A DNA stretch of 64,000 nucleotides from Hydrolagus colliei (lineage: Eukaryota): the NCBI GenBank assembly GCA_035084275.1, contig CM068746.1:27280001-27344000 (forward strand), written 5' to 3'. The notes under the pieces were generated by a model. The model did not search any database, was not told the DNA's origin, and saw only the letters and a program-made list of their open reading frames with translations. A program made the translations under genes and the position numbers. This document shows, one piece after another, positions 25,576-37,510 of the stretch (its first letter is position 1; every line of letters begins with the position of its first letter).

Positions 25576-26941
25576 GCTGAATAATCCCTGCATTTTGACA
25601 CAATGTAATCAGCAATAATGCTGGCTGACCTGCAAAGGGACTGACCCTGTCATGCAATGACATATTTTATATCTTTTACAATCAACAAATGCATCATCAA
25701 AAGTTAGCAGTCTGACATAGATCGTGGAAACGCCAATTCACTCCATTTGGTGCTGGTGTTTTTCTCCACATGATCTATCCAGTCCATTCCCACTCATCTA
25801 CTTGTTCCCCACACCTTTCAATATGCCTTTTACTAAAGCATCCATCTAATTTCTTCCTAAAATAAATGAACCTAGCCTCAATGATACATAGGTTCATTAT
25901 GAAGCAAATATAAAGAATTGGTGAGCTGCCATGCACATTATATTTCATATTTCTTGCTTTGCTGATCATATGTTTAAATACTTCATGCCTCTTAGCAGAA
26001 TCAGTGTGCAATTCTTGTTGTCACGTACACCTACAAAATTAGTCACAACACTTAACAGTAAAAGTCTTGTGAAGAGCTTTAAGACATTGCGACCACATCA
26101 AAGACACTATCAAATGTAAGGATTATTATAATAAGATAAATGTTAATGGCTCTTCGACACATTGTGAAGACATTTTAAAGTGTTTTACAGAATTTTTTGC
26201 TCAAAGGTGAACTGTAGTGACTGTGCATTTGTAGGCGAACACAGTCAGAATCACTTGAATCACTTGTACAATCGCTGACAGGAGGGTGCCAGTCAAATTA
26301 GAGGCTACACAAAAATAGCCGGTCATATCCCCGAAAGGGTTATCAAGCATACATCCGATGGCATAAGGGGCAAAATATGTTAAACACTGCTTTGTTCATT
26401 CTAATTATGGCAGTAATTCACATCTAAGACTATAGTTATAAATCTATGGAAATGCTTTAAAACAAGTGCAATCCGTCATTCCAGCAGTATTAAATAATGG
26501 AAAGAATTTACTGAAATGACCTGTCATCATACAGTCGACTATAACACCGATAATAAGGATGGTTATTCCTGTAATTTTATACATGTTATTTATTGTCCGA
26601 GTTTTGCTTTTATTATCTTCCTAGCCCTCAATCCCATCATTTAATCTCCTGATGTATCCTCTTCGTGATTTCTGATTTAATTAGTGTGCCGCTGGACCAT
26701 ACCTTCCCCTTTTATGCTTGCCATTTCATGCAACACTTTAAATGATATACTATCTAAAAAGTCAACTAATGAATGAGTCACATATCTTACTAAGCCTGGA
26801 TTTTTGGTTCTCTCGCTATTCACCCTTCATCCAGTAATGCATTATGTCTTAATTACTATTCTTCCATTGAAATTACAGGCTGTCGTTTCCCATTCATTAA
26901 ATGTTGTTTTTCGTTCGCTGTCTCTCTCTCTTTTGTAACAG

Positions 26942-26974
26942 ATTTGAGACGACGATACTTAAAAGAACATGGAG
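26942..26974 (+). other. Candidate 33-nt microexon of an unidentified host gene
   Basis: Long pyrimidine tract ending tctctctctcttttgtaacAG, 33 nt open in two frames, then GAG|GTAAAG, in repeat-free context. Confidence 0.35.
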
Positions 26975-29423
26975 GTAAAGAATAGACTTTTCAGGGTTAA
27001 ATACCGTCCTACTGAACATTGTTATTAGCTTCCCTTCACCTTGTATTTTTTCTCTGTATAGTTCCTCTGCAATATTCGCACTGCTAGTTATGTCTTTATT
27101 ATTCTCTCATTCTTCCTATTTATTTTATGGATAATGAGTAGGTGGCAGGTATGAAATTGTCTAATTTAGCATATCTAACAGAAGCAAGCAGTGCACATCC
27201 GGTAGCTCAGCGTGAAATGCAGATGCGCGCTGCAACCTTAATAAGAAAAATAATTGCACTAATGGCAGCTCCTAATAGTGGTTTAAAAAAACATTAACAT
27301 GTAAACTAAATATCTGCTTTAATGTTGATAATTACATTAGCAAAATACATGTGGTGTGTTACTGCTGCATGATGACACAATGCAGTTTTGTTGATGTGAT
27401 ATGTTAACCCTTTAATTGCTCATTGGTTCAATTGTGCCTTCAGAATACAGTATATGTAATATAAATACCTATTGTATATTATTATTTAATCAGTATACAT
27501 CATTATACATATATGCATTATAATCAAGTATAATGCATATAAATATTATCAAATATATGTACACAGTACATAATTTACAATATTTAGACAAAACTGAAAC
27601 ATTCCATCTGAGTTAAACCGTACTGAGTGTCTTTCTTGAGATTACATATTGTATAGATTTTGAAATGATCCCCTGTAATTTAGAGTGAACCTCTAAAAGA
27701 CCTAAGACAAAAGCTATACTTTCTCAAAGTGCCATAAATACAGAAACAAGCAAGACATGATTTTCCATTTTTCTTACATCAAACTCTAACTTCAGAATAA
27801 ACACAGGCCAACGGGTGCTTTAAACAACAAGAATTTACATTTATGTAGTACCCTTCACATCAAATGGATGTCACAAAGTGCTTTCTTGCACATCTTATAG
27901 GGAGCCCAAGCTGAGAGGGGGGAAGCTGAGGAGGGTTTGTGAAAGGTCCAATAGTGTAGCTGGAAGGGTAACAGCTAGGCTTTAAAGGTGAGTTAGGGGA
28001 TGAGGCGTAGTGGATCGGCATGTAACTTTCTACATATTACTGGCAATTTGGAAGTACTTACAATTGTCAACCCCTTCTTCTAATAGTTGCAGTAATTAAA
28101 TTATCTTTGTTGAAAAATATCATCAACTAGTCTGGATGGGTTAGAAGGAATTTGGACAATTTGAATAAAAGGACTACATGTAATAATAATTGTTGCATTT
28201 GATATAGCGCCTTATCACATCATTGAGCCACCTCAAAACACCTCACAGAATATATAAGTAGATTGACTGTATTTTGTGGGCAAACCTGGCAGCCAATTGC
28301 ACACGATGGTGTCCCACACACAGTCATGGATTGAGTGACCACAGTTTTTTTTTAATATATATGTGTAAATGTCTCGAAGGACTGTCCCATGCCATGCTGA
28401 TTTACTCCACCTTAGAGATACCTCAGAAACCCTGGGATTCTCAGGCTCTACTTTGGGGCTGCTTTCTTTCATTTCTTTTTACCTTTTGCCAAAGCTTGTA
28501 TTTAGCTCAGTACATGTAGTTATACTCTGAATCCTCTTAAATTCTACTTGTTCTGTTTCGATTAAATTAATAAAGTCACAACATTCTAAGACTCATGAGG
28601 TTTTGTGATATACAAAACTATGATGGGGTTTTGACTGGTTAAATAGGATGAGGCTATTTCTATTGGTAAAGCAGTCAGTGACTGGACGATGTAAAATGTA
28701 GTGACTTTTTTTTGAAAACCAATGAGGCAGCCAATTTGAGCACAAGACTCAGTCAACAACTTCACATCGCAGAGCATTCAAAATTCTAATAACCTGGAAA
28801 TACATGTCCAATTCAATCTGTTTTTTTTAATAATAATAATAATAACAATAATAATAATAATCCTTGCATTTGCTAAAGTGCCTTAAAACATTGTGAAATA
28901 TCTCAAAGCACTTCTCAGAATCATTTGTAAAGTGTGTGACTGTATTTTGTAGGCACATGTAACAGACAATTTGCTCACTCCTTCAGACACCCACATTGTT
29001 GCTTAAGTTTCCTTCCAATCGAAAGCTCCTGCAATCTTTCCATTCTTCCATCAGGTTGCCATGTGCATTTCACTCGCACACTGTGATACTATTTACCTTT
29101 TGTAAAAGTAGGTCAATTTGTTAATGCTCCACATTTCTGCATATATTCAACCCCATATTTTGTCATCAACCCAAAGGCAATATTCTTTGGTGCAGCTGTA
29201 AGTGTGATTAGAGCACTCAGTGTAGAACAGGATGGTGTCGATTCTAGTTGAGTCAACTGTTAAGAGTTCATGCAAAACCCTCTTCTGTTCACCTTTTGAC
29301 CTATTTCTGCATGGGAAGAAATGCCTGGTAGAGGTTACAATGGCCATTCCTTATTTACAGTGGTGCTTTCTCCAACCATAGAGAAAGGCTGGAGAAGCAA
29401 CGTCACTCTTTTGCTCAGCTAAC

Positions 29424-29511
29424 CCCAGGTAGCAAGCCCATATGGGCCCCATATGGGACAATTTGGGTTGATCCATGCCCATATGGGCCCCACATGGGCT
29501 TGCTACCTGGG
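29424..29511. mobile_element. 88-bp MITE with CCC...GGG termini and 2-bp TSD (CMC/EnSpm-like)
   Basis: 34-bp terminal inverted repeats (32/34), AC directly on both sides (29422-29423 and 29512-29513), and subterminal palindromes cccatatggg. Confidence 0.75.
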
Positions 29512-29514
29512 ACA

Positions 29515-29725
29515 CAGGCCTACTGTGTGGCCCACTGGACCTCTCCATGCCACCATTGGTGACCATTCCATCAACCGCGATGCCCCTAACTCCTGGAATT
29601 ACCCGCCTCAATCCATCTGCTTCATGTCCTCTTTATCTATCTTTATATCCCACTTTAAGACTTACCCTTTCAATTGCACCTGTGGTCACCTCCCCTTTCT
29701 CCCTTGCTCAGATCCAACCCAATCA
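29515..29725 (+). mobile_element. L2 LINE 3' fragment (degraded)
   Basis: Translation ATIGDHSINRDAPNSWNYPPQSI...FKTYPF is homologous to the L2 C-terminus elsewhere in the window. Confidence 0.7.
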
Positions 29726-30033
29726 CCTTGCATTTACATAGCAACAACTGGCCAGTGGAAAGGTCAAGGACATTTAAACTATCAAGATTTATTAAATGAT
29801 CGAATTACATTCAAAGTAGTAAATTGATGCATTTAGCTAAACAATAAATTGATTTGGAATTGTAACAGTGATGATGAAGGAAATCCTCTATAGCATTGTT
29901 TGTAATAGACTTAAATGCCTTCGATTTGCTTGGAATTGTTTCAGTATTCTGGCATAAAGTACGCAATAGTGTACAGGTGTGGATTCACTTACTTAGAAGA
30001 TTATAATTTTAATCTGCCAAATATTATTCATCT

Positions 30034-30362
30034 GGAGTTCCTGTAGTTTAGTGGTTAGAGCACTCGTCCCACAAACAAGAGGACCTGGGTTCGATTCCTG
30101 GGCAGGATGAAAAGTTGGGAGAGTTTTCCTCTGTTTACTTAGTAGTCAGTAGGAACCTGGCTGTTAGTTGATTGGTGGATCACTTTTCTGGGGTGATGAT
30201 CCCTTCAAAAATATAAAAATAATTTTCACTCCATGACTGTTTCTGGGACAATGCCGTGTTTCACCCACAAAATAAAGTCAATTTATTTTACAGTATATTC
30301 TGTGAAGCACTTTGAGAATTCTCAAAGACTTGATTAGCTGCTTTATCAAACACAGGGATTTA
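30034..30362 (+). mobile_element. tRNA-headed SINE
   Basis: ggagttcctgtagtttagtggttagagcac (A box), ggttcgattcc (B box) and the SINE tail. Confidence 0.88.
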
Positions 30363-30768
30363 AAAAATAATTTTACAAGTGTTTGTGGCACATGCTCACC
30401 TTTGGAAAGATACAGAAAAGATTTTAAATTATGTTTACTATAATTATTTGAAGTAACCTTTTCTTCTTGTGTAGCATAAAGATGTGATTCAGCTTGTGTT
30501 AGAAATTCTTTACTTTTCCGTAACCAGGGCCAGTTATGCATTTGTTGTTTCAAACAGCATGACATTTTGGACAAAGATCAAATTTGTGTGTATTTCAAGT
30601 TATTTGGGCTTGGTCGTACCTTTCAAAACAATGCTGGCAACAAGCGACAGTTATTAGGCAGAATTATGGACCAGAACCATCCTGGCCAACAATTCTTCAG
30701 GAAAAATTGGTCATTTGTTTGTGGAACATTGCTGCATGCAAATTGCCTGCTGGGTTAACTTACAAATA

Positions 30769-31475
30769 CAGTAGAAGCCCGTTTATCCATGACTCGATTC
30801 ACCGGCATTTCCGTATAACCCACACCCAAAACAAACAGTCCCCATTTGATAAACCGGAACTTATCCAGAACAATAGCAGTGGAACATTTGTAAATGCATA
30901 AATAATAACATAATAACAGAACATTGTATTGGCACCCACCATCAAAACCACTCTCTTGCGCCCCTCACCCCCGCTGATAGATGCTGTGCTTGAAGCCATG
31001 AGGCTGCAGTTGAGGTTTATAGTCCAGCGACTCCCCCCAAAATGGAGCATGCCAAATAGGCGAAAAAAACGGAGTGCGTAGGACTTCAAAGTCATACTAG
31101 TGGCAAGCCGATAACCCACATTGCCGTGCAGGTGCAATATTTTGGTTTGCCGCTAGTAGAGTCTAGGGCTTCGGCTTCCAGCTAGTAAAGTCGCCTCCCT
31201 CACCTGCCTGGCGTCCCCCATCCAAAAACGAATAGCTGGACTGCAAACCCCAATCAGCAAAGGTGAGAAGTGCAAGAAAGCAGCCCCAACAATAAGCACC
31301 AACACAACATTCTGTTACCATCTGCCATTAATTGGTCTGGGGTGTATGGTGTGTGTTAAAAGACCTTTAATTTTTTTGTAGTGGGTTTTCGGTCGCGGGC
31401 TGCCCAAATATCCGGCAGGCACTTTAATCGGCATCGGCCAGGTCCCGCGGGTGCCGGATAAACGGGCTTCTACTA
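30769..31475 (-). mobile_element. Tigger/pogo-type non-autonomous DNA transposon nested in a SINE
   Basis: TIRs cagtagaagcccgtttatcc and ggataaacgggcttctacta (19/20), TA on both sides, and minus-strand MASSTASISGGEGRKRVVL resembling a Tigger transposase start. Confidence 0.85.
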
Positions 31476-31949
31476 TATATAGTATTAACAGTAAATTCCT
31501 GTAAAATGCTTTGATGGAGTTCGATGATGTGATAAGTAAGGCGCAATGTCAAATGCAAGGATTATTATCATCATTAATAATGAAAACATCCCTTTGTACA
31601 TACACTTTGTAGTTTTTCCAGCCTGAAGTGCATTTCACATGGTCACGGTGAGTAACTTTGATCTGTGGCTGGAGGAAAGCTACACTTGCCCATTATGCTG
31701 AACAAAGAGTTGTTGTAACCTTGGTGGGGATATCCACAAGTCCCTGGTGATGAACTAGGGCTGAGTGATGCGTCCATTGTTGCTGGAACACTGATTGATC
31801 TGGAGACGTTCTCCAGATGTGAAAAGTGTTCTATATATGTAATTTTGTTGTTTGTTGGTATTATCTCCATCTGCTCTTGGAGGTGGGGGAATCATTCTCC
31901 CTATCAGTTTACTCGTAGCCAGGGCTCTTCAGCCTTCAGAGATGACTCA

Positions 31950-33295
31950 GTAGGGACCTCAGAGAGGCTTACAAAACTTTAAATGGGATTGGAATAGAAA
32001 ACCCAGAACAATTACAAGACAAGAAACAAGGGACATAGATTTGGAGTTGGAAAGGGCATTTTTACGTCAGATATCAGGAAGGTTTTCTTTACACAGAGGG
32101 TAATCAACTGACTGGAACAGGTTACCGGGAGGGTAGTTGAGATCAGCTTCTGCCCAGTCATCTGTGGGGTACCGCAAGGATCCAACCTTCGCCCCCTTCT
32201 CTTCTTCACCTATATGCTCCCTTGTGTCATCCGCAGACATGGGGTTAACTTCCACATGTATGCAGGTGACACTGTACTCTATCTTTCCACCTCCAGCTGT
32301 GACCCCTAGTCCCTGATGTTCTGTCAGCTTGTCTGTCGGACATCAAGAGCTGGATGAGGGCAAATTTCCTGCAGTTAAACATCAACAAGATAAAAGCTAT
32401 ACTCTTTGGCTCTCATCAAAGTCTTCTGTCCAACGATTCCGACCTCCTTAACCTATCCGAACTGTCCTTAAAACTCTCCAAACCAATGTGGAACTTAGGG
32501 GTCAGGTTCGATCTCCAGTTATCCTTCCTCACTCATAGCAATGTTTTCTTCCACCTTTGCCAAATTGCCCATCTTTGAAAATACCCCAAGAGCTGTTGAA
32601 ACCCTTGTCTATGCCTTTCTCACCTCTTGGCTTGAGTACTCTAACACTCTCCTCATCGATCTCCCCTCCTCCACTATTCACAAAATTCAGCTTATTCAAA
32701 ACTCTGTCTCCTGCATTCTCACAGTCACCAAATTTTGTACCCTGATTACCCTAGTCCTTGCCAATCTTCACTGGCTCCCTGTCACAGAGCAGATCAACTT
32801 CAAGATCCTTACACTAGTGTCTGATTCCCTCCATTCTTTGGCACCCCCCAAACTCCACTGGATCCAGCCTCCTACCTGTCAGCAAAATTTTCTGCTCCAC
32901 TACCGTGCTTTCAGCCACTATGCCCCAAAACTTTGGAACTCCCTACCTCAACCATTTTGCCTCAACCCCTCCTTCTGCAGCTTCAGATTATCGTCTTCGA
33001 TCGTACCTACGGACACCTTCCCCCTTCTCCTGGCTTGGTCTCGGGCTCCACCATTGTGAAGTGCTCTGAGCTGCCATCCGGCGTGGAGGGTGCATTATAA
33101 ATACAAGTTGTTGTTTTTTATCTGGACTCTGGACACAAAGAGGAAACTAGATAGATGTTTCAAAAGCAGGAGTTTGAAGAGATTTGGGGAAAAAGCACGT
33201 AAATGGGAATGAATGGATTATGCTTTCAAAGAATCAGCACAGGCACAATGGCCTAAATGGCCTCCTTCTGTACCAAAATGTTCTTTGCTTTTATG
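31950..33295 (+). mobile_element. CR1 LINE 3' end split by an L2 insertion (CR1 parts about 31950-32144 and 33120-33295)
   Basis: Left part encodes DIRKVFFTQRVIN..WNRLPGRVVE-like sequence. Right part resumes with aagaggaaactagat and ends in the CR1 tail ggcctaaatggcctccttctgt. Confidence 0.78.
32145..33119 (+). mobile_element. L2 LINE RT/3' fragment
   Basis: [41 protein letters not shown] and APKLWNSLP motifs, plus tail aaatacaagttgttg. Confidence 0.92.
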
Positions 33296-36200
33296 CCTTC
33301 ATTTGAATAGCTGAGCATCCATTTGAAATATCATGATCGTCTATGCAAGACCCTTAGCAATGACTGAGAGCAACAATTCCAAGTGCTGTAGTAAATATAA
33401 AAACGGCATTTGAATCTGTTTCTTGGATGTATTGCATGTGTCACTATTAAATGATTAAAAGGTTGGAACATCCAAATGTTCATAATTTCAAGACATTTTT
33501 CAATTGGAATTTTTTTTCACAGGAGTCTGAATGTTAAAACAGTGTGATTTCTACAAAGGGAGATAAAATAGAGTGCCTTTGAAAAGTATTTGTGCTGAAC
33601 TCTCAATCACTTATTCCATTTCTTTTTATTGCAAATAAAGAACTAAGACAAATCTGTGTGAAAATATGCGAAGAGAGCTGGTGTTTTGATGCAAAGAAAC
33701 CACTAACCAGTCGTGCAATGGGTTATATTTCGATAAACTAACAAGCACCACAGGCCATCTTCTATAGACATCAGATATTTTTGCTAAGTAAGTTCAGCTC
33801 TAAGTCAGTTCAGAGTCAACTGCACTCAAATAATTCAAAGTCTATCCTTTTTTTTTGTATCCACACTACAGGCACTCAAAAAGGAAAAGAAACAGTCTGC
33901 TGTGTAATGAGCAGTAGAGCAATGTGGCACAAGGGGTTAATGTTCCCTGACGTAAAAATATCAATTGTAAGATTGAGGATTTTCTGCTTACCTATGTGAA
34001 TGGACTTATCTTTTCAAGATAAAAAGATAGTTTGTTTGTTTGACTCTGAGAGCCTTTGGCATGAAGACTCATTTCTGATTTGGCTGGAATAGACACCAAC
34101 ATGTTCGGCGCTAAGTGCTCTGAACAGTTGCCTCAACACTGAAGAATGTTCTCTTTCATCTGATGAAAACCACGGGGCTGAGTAAATGTGCAAATGTATG
34201 GGCCATTATCAACTTGACCTACTTTTGGAAAAGGCTGTCCACTATCTCACAGTGTCATAGCAGACACATGAAATACATTGGTCTTGTTCAGTTGGGCTGA
34301 ACTGAATAAAAGCTACAATTATTAAAATTGTGTTACAAAGTAGATAAATAATTAATAAAAAATGATATGTTTTAGTTGAGGGAAAATATTAAGATTTTTT
34401 GTTTCTAACTAAAGTAAATAAGTTGAAAATAAAGAACGTGCTGGTATCGAACTATATTTTTCTGCTACTTTATGAAGCATCAATTCATCAATTCTTTTTC
34501 TTTAATCAAGGAGTTCCAACTGAATGTACGTAGTCTGTTCCATAGTTATACAACGATGAAGATGTGCAATTGGGTGTGAACTTCGTTAGGCCAACATAAC
34601 CAAGCCAACACCGTGCTTCAGGTGATCTTGCTAGTCTCAGAGTTTTTTCTCTGCATCTCAGTCGGTGCACCTTCTCGCCTTCTTTCTCCAGGAAAAACAA
34701 GAGGAAGCTAATGCAGTACCAGCTGCAGTCAGCTCTGGTCAGTCCTCCGTAAAACACTCTGTTTACACATGAGTTACAGGGAGCCACGTATCCCCTCAAA
34801 TCAGCATATTCATTACAATGTTGAGAGTAACAATAATCCTTGCATTTGATAGAGCGCTTTTCACGTCTTCTAGAGTAGAAAGAGGAGGCAGAAAAGTAGC
34901 TCAACTACGTAATATCACTGGATTCAAATCAAGGGTGTGTTGGTACGCTTCATTATTTGTCAATCGAAACACTCGAATCTCCACCACCCTGAAACACACC
35001 TTGTCCCACTCGCAGTATCATTCTGTACTTCCTGCCCTGCTTTTTATCAGTCCATTTGTTAATTGTCAATTTTACTCTTGAAGGAGTAGCCAATCAAATG
35101 AACAACCACTGGCTTGCCGGACATTTATTTGGAGAGAGAACCAAAGGTACAAATACTGTATTGGGTGAAGTGTTCTGTCATATTACTGTGTAACTGAAAA
35201 AGTTAACACCGGCTTGCTGGATGGTGCACTTGCGATGTAAAGAGGAAACTGCTAGCACCAGAGGAACAACCCATCAATTCTGTACCCTTTCAGCAATGAA
35301 CCTTTCTGTCACTATTACAGAACACTAGTTGGTCATATATCACAACTGTAAAAATACTATAAAGCATTGATTATGCCCAGAACAGGCTGAAAATGTATGT
35401 ATTTGTGGTCTTGCCCTCGGGCTGTAGGAGCACCTCAGTGAGGGTTTATTTCCAATAATAGCTGTAAGTATTGAATATCCAAACCAGAATAACAAAAACT
35501 ATTTGGTCCTAATAGAACAGACTTTCACCTACAAAATACACAATCACGATAAATCCTGTGAAGCATTTTGAGACATCCAGCCAATGTGAAAGAAGCTATA
35601 TCAAATTCAATGATCATTATTATAATTATGAAAGATATATTATAAATAATAGGCAAATTGGACAAGTTGTTACAAAATTGTAATCCAATTATGGTATTCA
35701 CAAAGTTTTGTAAAACTACTTGATTTTCATCATTGCAGCTCATAATGTCTTGAATAATAGTACAATATTGTAAACACAGTCCAAATCATCTTTTATTATT
35801 TTGATATACTGTATATACTCACATAAATCAGGGAAATTGTTATGCTTAATATAGTGGTTGAACTACCATGCACAGTTTTTGCAAATGAATCGCACATATT
35901 TAAGATGCTCAAATTCTTGTAGTCTATAACTACAGTGTTTTTCTTTCCGATCTTTAAAGTACTTAGAGTATTATTTTCTATTCAAAATACGGAAAGCTCT
36001 CTTTATGTAACTGGATAAGAATAAAGCATGTTGTTTATTTGAAATAACACAAGTATATGGGCCATTCACTGTTCAGCAAAGTGAAACAAGAGAAGATACC
36101 ACAAGGATTCTTCATGACAGATAGTGAAACTGTGTTGTTATACTGTACGAATGTATCTTTTTACATTGAATATTACTGGAGGAATGTACAATGGAAAATC

Positions 36201-36409
36201 TGCACTGTATCAAAGTGTGACTAAGGCTGTTTTAAAGACAGTGACTTAGAGGGATTTAGTGTGCCATATAAAGTAGGTATCTATTACTCTCTGAAAGGCA
36301 CAGATTGTGTAAGACAGACATTATTACCCTAAAAGAAATGAAAAACGTGTTATGAATTTAAATCTTCTCTGTAATAGGTGCAACATCCACAACACTCTTG
36401 ATTAGGTGC

Positions 36410-37155
36410 GCTCGACCAAAAACTCTCCTTCCTCCCCCACATCCGTGCCTTGACCAGCACCGCTTACTTCCACCTGCGCAGCATTGCCAGGCTCCCCAAT
36501 TATCGTACCCCCCACGCTGCCGAAACACTCGTGCACGCGTACATCACCTCAAGGCTGGACTACGGAAACTCTCTCCTCGTCGGCCTCCCCAGTTCCTCCA
36601 TTCACAGGCTGCAGGTCATCCAAAACTCTGCAGCCCGTGTATTATCCCGCACCCGCCTCTGCGACCATATAACCCCCACCCTCGCCCGTCTCCACTGGCT
36701 CCCCATCCTCCAGAGGATCGAGTTCAAGATCCTCGTCCTCACCTTCAAGGCCTTACATGGCCTTGCCCCGCCCTATTTAACCAATTTACTCTCCCCCCTA
36801 CAAGCCCACCCGGACCCTCCGTTCAGCAGGACTTGGCCTGCTCCAAGCCCCCCGCCCGAACCGCCCCTCCATCGGAGGCCGGGCCTTCAGTTTTTCTGCT
36901 CCGACCCTATGGAATTCCATCCCCCAATCCCTCCGTCTCGTTTCTTCCCTTTCCTCTTTCAAGGCCGGTTTGAAGACTTTCCTCTTTGACCGTGCCTTTT
37001 GTTCCACCCCGAATTCTTCGACCTCCCCTACTTGTTTCACCCCTTCCCGTACACTCCCCTCCCAGCTCGGGTCACACGCCTCCTGTGCAGCGCCTTGGGA
37101 CGTCCTCCCGACGTGAAAGGCGCTTTATAAGTGTAATTTGTTGTTGTTGTTGTTG
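36410..37155 (+). mobile_element. L2 LINE 3' fragment, comparatively young
   Basis: ORF AYFHLRSIARL...SRLDYGNSLL...LHWLPILQRIEFKIL with one frameshift near the C-run at about 36795. CpGs are retained, and the 3' hairpin and (GTT)n tail are intact. Confidence 0.95.
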
Positions 37156-37202
37156 AGTATCCTCGACCCATTTTCATCCCAGAGTTCTTCTACTAATCCA
37201 TT

Positions 37203-37510
37203 GTAGTGCTGGGGTGCGCTGCACTGTCGGAGGTGTCATCCTTTGGATGAGGTGTTAAACTAAGTTCATGTCAGTTTATTCAGACAGACTTTACAGATCC
37301 CATAGCATTACTCAAAAAAGAGAAGGGGCTTCCTCCCTGGCCAACAATACTCCAAGTATTATTGATTACTCTCGTGTGCAAGGCAGAAATTGTTGTTGTG
37401 TGGAAATTGCCTACGAATTTGTCAACAAAATACATAGTGCCTACGCACTACAGTAAATCCTATTAAGCGCTTTGAGAGGTGAAAGGCACTACATCAAATG
37501 ACAGACTACT
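37203..37510 (+). mobile_element. Deu-domain-type SINE
   Basis: gctgcactgtcggaggtgtcatcctttggatgaggtgttaaac...agatcccatagcatt...tggccaacaat core plus tail. Confidence 0.78.

Noticed and set aside
30034-30105. tRNA gene
   Set aside because: A and B boxes are present, but the sequence continues into the SINE body and no full cloverleaf is evident. The same applies to the other tRNA-like heads.
33690-33780. Possible Crypton-terminus-like relic
   Set aside because: The resemblance is from memory only and too short to support.
34692-34737. Candidate 46-nt exon (EKQEEANAVPAAVSS)
   Set aside because: The acceptor is decent, but the donor is only moderate, the length is not frame-preserving and the peptide is not recognisable.
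36398-36989. Overlapping 191-aa and 179-aa ORFs
   Set aside because: These are alternative frames of a 5'-truncated, C-rich L2; no endonuclease or catalytic RT core is present.
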